A DNA stretch of 64,000 nt from Octopus vulgaris (taxonomy: Eukaryota): contig OX597834.1 of the NCBI GenBank assembly GCA_951406725.2, positions 41,726,001 to 41,790,000 of the forward strand, given 5' to 3'. Made by a program: the position numbers and the translations under genes. Below, piece by piece: positions 54,831 through 64,000 of this stretch (positions are counted from its first letter, which is position 1; every line of letters begins with the position of its first letter). The notes under the pieces are model-generated. The model ran no database searches, was not told where the DNA came from, and saw nothing but the letters and a program-made list of their open reading frames with translations.

Positions 54831-55142
54831 CCTAAAACCACGATGATGATGATGGTGATGATGATGCTTATCAATACACTCCAGCCTCTGGCCCACAGAA
54901 GTGCTGTGTCTACACAATCTGCATTTACTACCACTCACCCAGGGCAGGTCGAGCCAGCTTCTTTTCAGGTCCTGAATAAGATTCATAGAAAAAGTTTTGT
55001 GGGAATATTGAATCCACAAGCGGTCCCCGACATCCCGCATGCATATCCCGGGTAACGAGATGCCCTGTTTGCCACAGAGTCTCCACAGCATCTGCTCTTT
55101 AGAGCTGGCTGGTCATGTGCCTTTGGCCCTTTCCATTTAGAC

Positions 55143-55380
55143 CACTGCTTCTCAACCATTTCATACCTGTGGACCCCTTCGATTCTTATTTTACTCAGAT
55201 GGACCCTCCTAGCCATTCAATGTTTAACAAAATCATATTATAATTTTGTAATTAAATATTATTTGGGACTGAATGAAAAAATTGTTAAAATAAAATTGGT
55301 GGATTGTAAATGTATAACCAATTTATTGCAGATGAATTTTAACAACAAAATCTTTTATGGACCCCACTTGAGAACCACTG
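55143..55380. mobile_element. hAT-type MITE with 8-bp TSD
   Basis: TIRs cactgcttctcaa / ttgagaaccactg. ATTTAGAC is duplicated at 55135-55142 and 55381-55388. Confidence 0.85.
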
Positions 55381-56777
55381 ATTTAGACTCTTCCAACTCC
55401 TGTGTCTCTCTCCCATCCTTTCATCATTTATATTGTATCCACTCCCCCAGTCCTGCATTATCCATGCTTCCCAGTCCTTCTTCCTGAGGACAACAACCCC
55501 CCTGGAATTCCCTCTCTATCAATATTTTCCCCAGATGTGATCAACCTGCAGCAGTTGTTCAAAATAAACACAAACCATGGAAAGCTCTTTGATCACAGAG
55601 GACTTGTGAAGGGCCACAAAAGCAAAGCCACTTCCTCCAAACCAAAAGCCATCAACAAACAAAAAAAAAAAAAAAAAGAAAGACACAGTAGTAATAAATT
55701 CAGAACTATTTCTATATTTACTTTTTTTTTTTCCAGCTCACATTTCTAGTGTTTCTATAAAAACAGGCGAGGAAAATAAATTGCCATTGTTTAATTAGCA
55801 AAGGAGTTTTATGTTCTGTTATTTTTATTGCTTACTTCAAACACTGGACAGGTTACAACATCAGTAAAGTGTTGTTCAATCAGGCATGGTATTTGGATGG
55901 TTTCTGCTCTTTATTTACAAGACTGCCTCGCTTGTTTGTATAAAGGATAAACACACAGCCAAGAGCTTTTTATTATTATCATTTATATTGTTATAGTAAT
56001 CATTTCAAAGGAGAATTAAACCCTTAGATAAGTACATTAGTACTTATTAATCAGTTAATAATAATAATAATGATGATAATAATAACAATAATAATCATGA
56101 TAATAATAATAATAATAATGATGATAACAATAATAATAATAATGATAATAATAATAACAATAATAATAATGATGATAATAATAATGATAATAAAGTGATT
56201 GGTGGTGTTGAAAACAAAACAAGAAAATAAACAAGAAACATACAATGGTGAGATGGCGCTGTTGCTGTTGTTTAGCCCCAGGTCAGCCCCGATTGAGGTT
56301 ACTTATGATCAAAAGCATTCCTGCTGCAATCAAAGACATTCTACCTTTTTCCTGTGCGCAGAGAACCCAGGATCACATTACTCAAAGAAGTGTGATTTGA
56401 GGGAAATTTGGCTGCTATTTCTAGTAGGTTAAACAACCATATGATGATTCCCTCGTAGGCTGTTTATTTTTGTTGTTGTTGTTGTTGTTGCTGTTGTTAG
56501 CAGTGGTGCCTAAGTATAGATCTATGATTGAAGAGATTCCAGCTTAACAGTCGAATAGTTTTTTTGCTTACAGTCCAGAAAGTGAAAGCAGTGGAACGGT
56601 AAATGTGGATGCCTGTCCTGACTACCGCCAACCGTCCAATCATGCTGCTTGTCATTTCAGCTAAGCATGACAAATCAAGATGGAAAGGTGAGGGGAAAAA
56701 TATTGGAGTTACCAACTTTTGTATTGAAAAATGAAATACATCAGAGTTATTTCATGTCTCTGGGAATTATAATTTAA

Positions 56778-57169
56778 CTAGCAGTATTGCTTGGCATTGC
56801 TCGGGTTTGTTTCGACCCTTTAGAATTGGAATTTTTGAAAAGTAAAAATTTTGTATTATGTAGCTTGTTATTCTCTTTAAGTGAACATTTTTCTGGTTGA
56901 AATATGCCGAAAACTGGCGACACAGCAGTCAAAAAATTGTAAAAAATAGGGATTTTCATAGAAAAAAAGTACCTTTTTGATGTAAATAATTTTTGGTGTT
57001 AACATGGTCCGATTTGAATTTTTTCTTCTATGGAATGAAGAGCAAGCCTTCTTCTATCATACTCTCAATTTTGGTCAACTTGTGCTGCAAGGTCTCTGAG
57101 GAGATAGTGTTAGTTAAAGGCTACTAAACGTGCCATACACAGACAACTTCAGCTTTATATAGAGAGAGA
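56778..57169 (-). mobile_element. Non-autonomous Helitron-type element
   Basis: The minus strand starts TCTCTCTCTATATAAAG and ends acaaacccgagcaatgccaagcaatactgCTAG, the same 3' end as 40030-40427. A/T insertion site. Confidence 0.75.
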
Positions 57170-58929
57170 TTTATGTCATAGGCACAGGTGTGGCTGTGTG
57201 GTAAGAAGTTTGCTTCCCAATGACATAGCTCTGGGTTCAATCCCAATGCATAGCAACTTGGGCGAGAGTTTTCCACTATAGCCCCAAGCCAACGAAAGCA
57301 TTGTGAATGCATCTGGTAGAGGGAAACTAAAAGAAGCCCATCAAGTGTGTGTGTGTGTGTGTGTGTCATTGCCCTGACATTATGTGATTGTTGTAAAACG
57401 AGTGTCATCATCATGCAAATAGTGTCCTCCATTTTCAATCTCCAGTAAAAAAAAATGCCTGCTCATGAAGAAATATCACCTTAATTGAAAATAGGTGAAG
57501 GTTGACAACAGGAAGAGCATCCAGCCATAAAAAAATCCATCTCATCAAATTTTATCAGATCCATGCAAGCATGGAAAAGTGGGTGTTAAAACGATGCAGT
57601 CATGCATCTGAATTTTTATCCAAACCATTGATGATAGGAGAATTTGTGATGAAGGAAATTTAGTTTCAAGGCCACATGCCTCCACTAATTGAGTACTGGG
57701 GTTGCTGTCATCAACGTTACCCACTCTCCCAAAATTGCTGGCCTTGTGGCAAAATTTGAAATGATTATCATTATTATTATTATCATTATTATTATTATTA
57801 CTATTATTACTACTACTACTATAACTATTACTACTATTACGACATGGTAGCAAGTTGGTAGGACAAGTAAAGCATTGGAGAAAATTTGCAGGCTTCATCT
57901 AGATCCCTTTCTATGCTGAGCTCAAATCCCAGACATATCGACTCCCCAAGAGCCAATAATAAAATATACTATCAATCAAATGCTAGTCAATTCAATCATC
58001 TGTCTCAATTCCTTGCAATTTTTGGCCCTGTGCCCCAGGTTAGCAGTCCTTTTGATATAAGTTCTCACTGGAGCTGACTTTGCTTTTCATCCTCCCTGGA
58101 TCAATAAAATAACTACAGTTTCAAACAGTGAAGTCAATAATAACAAATGAATCCTCCTTCCCTACTTAGAACTGTAGAAAACGGAGACAAGCACCAACCT
58201 AGCCAATAGACCATGGACAGAGTAGTAATAATTATCAATCAAAATCCGTTTCCTTCTCTTTTTATTCAGCTTGTCTGTGAATATACATGTCCCTTCTCTC
58301 TCTCTCTTTCATACACACATACACACACACAAAAAAAAAATCTGATCTATTCACCGATTCACTCCACTCCTCCGATTATTGATGCCCAGCTTATCTCTTA
58401 GATCACAACACAACACACCATCCAGTGCAGCCCTGACTACTTACCAGTCACACAACATCGCATTTGTTTGTAACGTGCATACATCAGGGCTTCTAAGAGG
58501 ACAGAAAGAAAGACAGAGGGAATGAACTAGAAAGAGAAAGAACGAGAACAACAGAGATAGAGAAAGAGAGATATATAGTGAGAGAACGAAAGAAAAGGGA
58601 GTATGAGAGAGAGAAAGAGGGAGAGCTGAAAGGATCCCCTTATCAACAGGATGTTTGCAATCAGGATCAATTTGATGATCTGAGTAACAGAACAGGTTTG
58701 TTATGTCATATAAGCCTGTACAGCAGCTTGTAGCCTTAATAGCTTGGTTGCTTTAATCTCATCATTATATACCATCAGATCAACAACAATGAGAAACATT
58801 ATATGGCCTCTTGACCTGCCAGAAAAAGCAACCAAATCTCCCTCCAATCACACCTCCATTGTTTTCAAAACAGGAAGGATTCATTTAACAATGTAATCCT
58901 AAACAAAAAAGATTGGATAGTTATGCCAC

Positions 58930-58999
58930 GGCATATGGCGTAGTGGTTAAGAGCGCGGGCTACTAACCCCAAGATTCCGAGTTCGATTCCAGGCAGTGA

Positions 59000-59043
<44 letters not shown>

Positions 59044-59192
59044 TCAAAAAATACCTTAGGAATGAGAACCCAGGTTCGAAATTTCCCCAAGACACCTGAA
59101 GAAGGCTGGAGGGTATATCAGCCGAAACGTTGTGTTAACAACAAACAAGATGAGGACAAATATCCATTGAATATAAATAATGCAAATAATGT
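58930..59192 (+). mobile_element. tRNA-headed SINE-like element with (AAT)n spacer and 3' hammerhead
   Basis: A box TGGCGTAGTGG at 58936-58946, B box AGTTCGATTCC at 58980-58990, (AAT)n at 59004-59041, hammerhead fold at 59091-59136. The 3' boundary is approximate. Confidence 0.7.
59091..59136 (+). ncRNA. Minimal type I hammerhead ribozyme (palindromic stem III)
   Basis: GACAC-CUGAAGA-A-GGCUG(GAGGGUAUAU)CAGCC-GAA-ACGU-U-GUGUU. Confidence 0.65.
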
Positions 59193-59953
59193 ACTTTACT
59201 TGGTTATTTCACCTGCAAAAAAAAAAAAAAGAAAAACAACAGCCAAATCTTTCTCATGTGGCACTCATACCACCATCATCATTTAGCATGTTCTCCATAC
59301 TTCCATGAGGGAGACAGAATTTGTTGAGGCTGATTCCCTAGAGCTGGATGCCCTTCCTGTTGCCAACCCTTGTTTCCAAGCATGATGATATTTCCCATGG
59401 CCAGATATGAGTTCCACAGAAGACTGGAAATAAACAGTATTGCTTGCATGACTCTGATGCTCATCTACAACCATCACATGATGTTAAGACAAGGGCACAC
59501 ACACACACACACACATATATACGTATATAACAAGCATCAGTCAACCCAGGGCTATTGTAGAAGACACTTGCCCAAAGTGTCATGCAGTGGAACTGAACCT
59601 GGGACAACATGGTTGGGAAGCAAACTTCTTAACCACACAGTCACATTCATCTTTAAAAAAATTAAAGGACACATTTGATGAGATAGTTCTGGATATTATG
59701 GGTCAATAAAAACAAAAGTCAAGATGGTCACAGATGGAAAGCCTTTGGTAATCGGTCTATCAATCAGGGTTGACCTGGGGGTAAGGGGTTAATAAAAAAA
59801 AATCTCAAAAATATTACGGAGATGTACTTGCATAGCGAGTGACCTGATCTGAGATCGTGTGCTGGAACGAAAACAATTGCAGCGTGGAAGGTGTTTATAA
59901 GCCATTTAAGAAATACACAAAACCGTTAGATTCACTTCAACATTCAAATTTAA

Positions 59954-60004
59954 TTTGCCAAAATATTTTCGTCGCTTTGAGACCGCGACCTGTTCACTGA
60001 CAAA
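59954..60004 (-). ncRNA. Second, identical copy of the G3-C8 hammerhead-like fold on the opposite strand
   Basis: Exact reverse complement of 60024-60074. Confidence 0.55.
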
Positions 60005-60023
60005 ACCTCATGCTGCACAATGT

Positions 60024-60074
60024 TTTGTCAGTGAACAGGTCGCGGTCTCAAAGCGACGAAAATATTTTGGCAAA
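60024..60074 (+). ncRNA. Hammerhead-like fold with G3-C8 covariation
   Basis: UUUGUCA-GUGAACA-G-GUCGC(GGUCUCAAA)GCGAC-GAA-AAUAUU-U-UGGCAAA. Confidence 0.55.
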
Positions 60075-60135
60075 TTAAATTTAAATGTCAAAAATAATCT
60101 CATGAAATTAAATAAATCAAATTTTTGTTCTCTAC

Positions 60136-60355
60136 CTTTACCAGGATCTGCTGTTTGGAACTTTGAATTATTTTTGCCGTTTGGGAATGAGGAAAAGCAC
60201 ACAATATGCAATTTGGGAAATTTCTCTTGAAAATAGTGTTTCCAGGCGATAACAAGCGCTGGAGGTACAAGGTCAAACTTGTTGAGGATCAGGATTAAAG
60301 ATTTTCCTAAGTCGTCGATAACATGGTCGTATAATGCTGGCGAAAGGTGAACAGC
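60136..60355 (-). CDS. GNL1: GNL1 exon (G4 motif NKFD)
   Basis: AVHLSPALYDHVIDDLGKSLILILNKFDLVPPALVIAWKHYFQEKFPKLHIVCFSSFP...DPGK. Donor AAG|gtagag; a same-phase alternative donor would end the exon at 60142. Confidence 0.93.
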
Positions 60356-60533
60356 CTGTGGAAGGAACAGAGAAACTAAATGTGAAAAAGCATAAGAAAA
60401 GTCACGAGGGGGGTTGGACAAAATGCCTTCAGGTATTAAGTTATGGCCCTTCATGTTCTGAATTCAACTTTGCCCATCCTTGTAGGGTCAATACAATAGG
60501 GTACCAGTGAAGCATTAAGATTAGTATAATTGA

Positions 60534-60762
60534 AGGCGGTGAGCTAGCGAAACATTAACACACCGAGCAAAATGCTTAGCAGTATTTTGTCTGCCACTAC
60601 GTTCTGAGTTCAAATTCCGCTGAGATTGACTTTGCCTTTCATCCTTTCGGGGACAATAAATTAAGTACCAGTAACTCACTGGGATCGATGTAATCGACTT
60701 AATCCCTTTGTCTGTCCTTGTTTGTCCCCTCTGTGTTTAGCCCCTTGAGGGCAATAAAGAAA
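60534..60762 (+). mobile_element. tRNA-derived SINE, family A, with 18-bp TSD, nested in an older copy
   Basis: ggcggtgagctagc...gagttcaaattcc...gcctttcatcctttcgggg. TAAGATTAGTATAATTGA is duplicated at 60516-60533 and 60763-60780. Confidence 0.9.
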
Positions 60763-61283
60763 TAAGATTAGTATAATTGACTCATGTCAACCTACTCAAA
60801 TTTCTGGTCTTAAGCCTTTTTTGGGAACTATTATTCCACCACAAAGTCTAGTCTTGTTTCTCTCAATGACCCTGAGAGTAATGCTAGCAGAGTTCAAGCT
60901 CCTGTTAGCACCCCCTATGCTGGACAAGTCAAATATCTAATTTCAGCACAATTTCCATCAACTCAATCATATTCACAAGGTCCCAAAGATTTCGTTGAAA
61001 CAAGGCAATGGTAAAAGACATTGGCCTAAGATGCCATGCAGTGGGACTGCACCACACAGAATGTGACGAGGCGGCTCTTTGAAATACATGTATGACTTGT
61101 GTTTACCAGCCGAGTGGACAGGAGCAACATGAAGTAAAGTGTCTTGCTCAAGGGCACAAAACACCACCAGGAATTGATCTCACAGTCTTACAATCATCAG
61201 CCCTAACCATTCAGCCATATGCTTATGTGCTGTGGTAGTTTATTGGGTGTTAGTCAAATATATTTAATGTGTAGATTGAATTG

Positions 61284-61335
<52 letters not shown>

Positions 61336-62429
61336 CCTCATAAAATTCAGTTTTACAGTTAATTACATTGGGCAAACAATACTGAAAGGGAAAAGCTGGA
61401 TAAAATAATGTTCCACTTTATCATTTAATGAATAATAAAATGTACACACAAAGATATGTATAATGATATACAATTTATAAACGAGCAATTAAAAATTGTC
61501 CACTGTTACTTGGTATTCAGCTAAATGAATAATCTTCAGTCTTTCCATGAAATTCACACATAGTGAAAGTACCATAGCAGCTAATTGCCTTTTTATGGGT
61601 ACAACAGAGGGATGGACAGAGAGAGAAATGGAGACATAATTGGTGGCTTATTTTTACTGTGGGGTACTACATTGGCAGAATAGTAAAGTGGCAAGCTGGA
61701 AGACTCGTTAGCACGCTGGGCAAAATAAAAAAAATGGAGGTATGTGGCCTAGTGGTTAGAGCAGCGGACTCTTGGTCGAGGGATCTCAGACCGGGGTTGA
61801 ATCTCAGACCGGGCGATGTGAGTGTTTATGAGCGAAACACCTAAGCTCCACTCGAAAATGGGTCAGTCGGTCCTAAGAAGCAGGCAAAAGCTTCCACGAA
61901 AGGCACCTTATGAGAAGAAGGAGGCAAGCTGGCAGAAACGTTAGCACACCAGGCAAAATGCTTAGCGGTATTTCATCTGCTGAGTTAAAATTCCGCCGAG
62001 GTCGACTTTGCCTTTCATTCTTTCTGGGTCGATAAATTAAGTACCAGTTACGCACTGGAGGTCGATGTAATCGACTTAATCTCTTTGTCTGTCCTTGTTT
62101 GTCCCCCTCTATGTTTAGCCCCTTGTGGGTAATAAAGAAATAATAATAGCAAGAGCATTAGATAAAAATTGCTTTCATTACAGCTCTTTACATTTGGAGT
62201 TCAAATTTTTGTAGTGTCACCTTTGCCCCTCATCATTCCAGGGTTGATATAATTGACTGTTTCTACAAGATTATGCAAGATTAACTAAAAATAAGATGAA
62301 TAAATCAGACATTCAACAGAGCAATCCAAATGCTAAAGGGTTGAGATGGCTCTGTCTCTGGCCATAGGACAGATGTGTTACAGCCGGCCCGGGGCTAAAC
62401 AACAACAAAACAAACACCGCTATACTTAC

Positions 62430-62570
62430 AGGATGTCTTATGTCTATGATGAGGAGTATTATATCCGACATTTCCAATACTCTCCACAGTTGTCGCCATG
62501 TCTCCAGATTCAGTTCAAAATAACTGAGTTCTTTAGGACTGTACTGGGAATGAATGTTATCAAGGTATTT
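62430..62570 (-). CDS. GNL1: GNL1 (guanine nucleotide-binding protein-like 1 / HSR1) exon; first exon visible in the window
   Basis: KYLDNIHSQYSPKELSYFELNLETWRQLWRVLEMSDIILLIIDIRHP matches the GNL1/Lsg1-family 'NLETWRQLWRVLE.SD' motif. cag acceptor and gtaagt donor, 141 nt. Confidence 0.95.
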
Positions 62571-62631
62571 CTGCAAAGAGAAAATAAAAGGTAATTTACA
62601 TACACATACATGCATATCTATATCGATATAT

Positions 62632-62662
<31 letters not shown>

Positions 62663-62811
62663 AGAAATTGATCAACACATAAGGTCAACAAGAAGAGTAC
62701 TCCGTCTGATGATAGTCTGATATTAATGTATGTGTTTCACACCACATGTATTACACACCTACGTGAAACTATTAGTGGCATGTGTAATACACGTGGAGTG
62801 AAATGCATACA

Positions 62812-62875
<64 letters not shown>

Positions 62876-63847
62876 CTAAGCACCCACTACACTCACGGAG
62901 TGGTTGGCAACTCCGAGAGTGTAGTGGGTGCTTTTAAAGTGCCACCGGCATGAGGGCCAGTCTGGCGGTACTGTCAACGGCCACGCTCGAAAATGGTGTT
63001 TTTGACGTGCCACCTGCACAAGAGTCGGTCCAGCGGCACTGGCAACGACCTTGCTCGAATGCTTTGTTCACGTACTACCGGCACAAGTGCCAGTGAGATG
63101 ACACTGACAACAATCACGCTCAAACGGTGCTCTTTACGGGCCAGACAAGCATTACACAGATTACAAAAAATCAAAAACAAAGGGTTGACTATTTATTAGC
63201 TTTGTGCTGCAGGGTAAAAAAAAATCCTTTCTTTTATTTTCTTTTCTTTCATGAAATTGTGACTAATTTATCCAGGTAGCAATGACGAAGCTCCCATATT
63301 ACCATAGAGATTGATGAAAACAAATAAAGATCTCTGTTTGAAGGGACAGAGGAGGAATTGACACAGGGGGGAAGTTATCCTCTCAGGAGAGATTTCCATC
63401 CATTCACAGTATGGGGTTTTTGTTTTTTTGTTTTTTTTATGTTAGACACTCATTTGCTGAATGGGATTATTAGTGACTCATTCTGATTGGTTAATATTTA
63501 CACAACAGATGCTGGTTGGAAACACGGTACAACTACAATAGACCAATGTGATAGAACAAAGAATTTACAATATAGGTTTTTATTTGCTCAAGTGACAACA
63601 CCATTCTCTCTCTCTCTCTCTCTCTCTCTTTTTATCCCTTACTCACAGATGAAGGACAAAACCAAAAACAATAGACTGAATGTCTTTTATAGCCTCATCA
63701 CAGGCAGAAGCAATGGCTGTGTGACTAAGAAGTGTGCCTGGCAACCATGTCATTTTGGGTTCAGTCTCACTGTGTGGCACCGTAGGCAAGATTCTTCTAT
63801 TATGAGTGAATTTGATAAACCAAAACTGTGCGGAAGCCTGTTGTGTG

Positions 63848-63899
<52 letters not shown>

Positions 63900-64000
63900 G
63901 AAAAATACAAACTGGGACAAGAACGTAAAACATTTAGAAGACGATACAAAAAACACGGACGGGACATTCGAAGCCTTCAATCTTCAGTCAAGAACCGGAT

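Noticed and set aside
63895-64000. Repeat with CTGAAGA on the minus strand at the window edge
   Set aside because: There is no GAAA in the right register and the element is truncated by the window end, so it cannot be evaluated.

Overview
AT-rich, microsatellite- and SINE-laden eukaryotic DNA. The repeat families and gene structure suggest an octopod cephalopod (inference, not checked by search). There are two convergent spliced genes. On the + strand are the last six coding exons (4492-12625) of an invertebrate-type cytoplasmic intermediate filament protein: coil-2 end '[16 protein letters not shown]' plus a lamin-tail domain, with no CaaX box. On the - strand are the last nine coding exons (62570-30752) of the circularly permuted GTPase GNL1/HSR1. 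All exons join in frame at GT-AG junctions, and both 5' ends lie outside the window. The rest is tRNA-derived SINEs, RTE/CR1 LINE remnants, two Helitron-type elements, hAT and TTAA MITEs, a Penelope-like (GIY-YIG) remnant and tandem repeats. The most striking signal is a set of hammerhead-ribozyme folds in at least four different repeat families: a canonical one next to the Penelope GIY-YIG remnant (17442-17502, -), one at the tail of a tRNA-headed SINE (59091-59136, +), a G3-C8 covariant pair forming a 67-bp-arm palindrome beside a GNL1 splice donor (59940-60088), and a U4C variant (48418-48452, +). Most ORFs in the supplied track are microsatellite or repeat artefacts.
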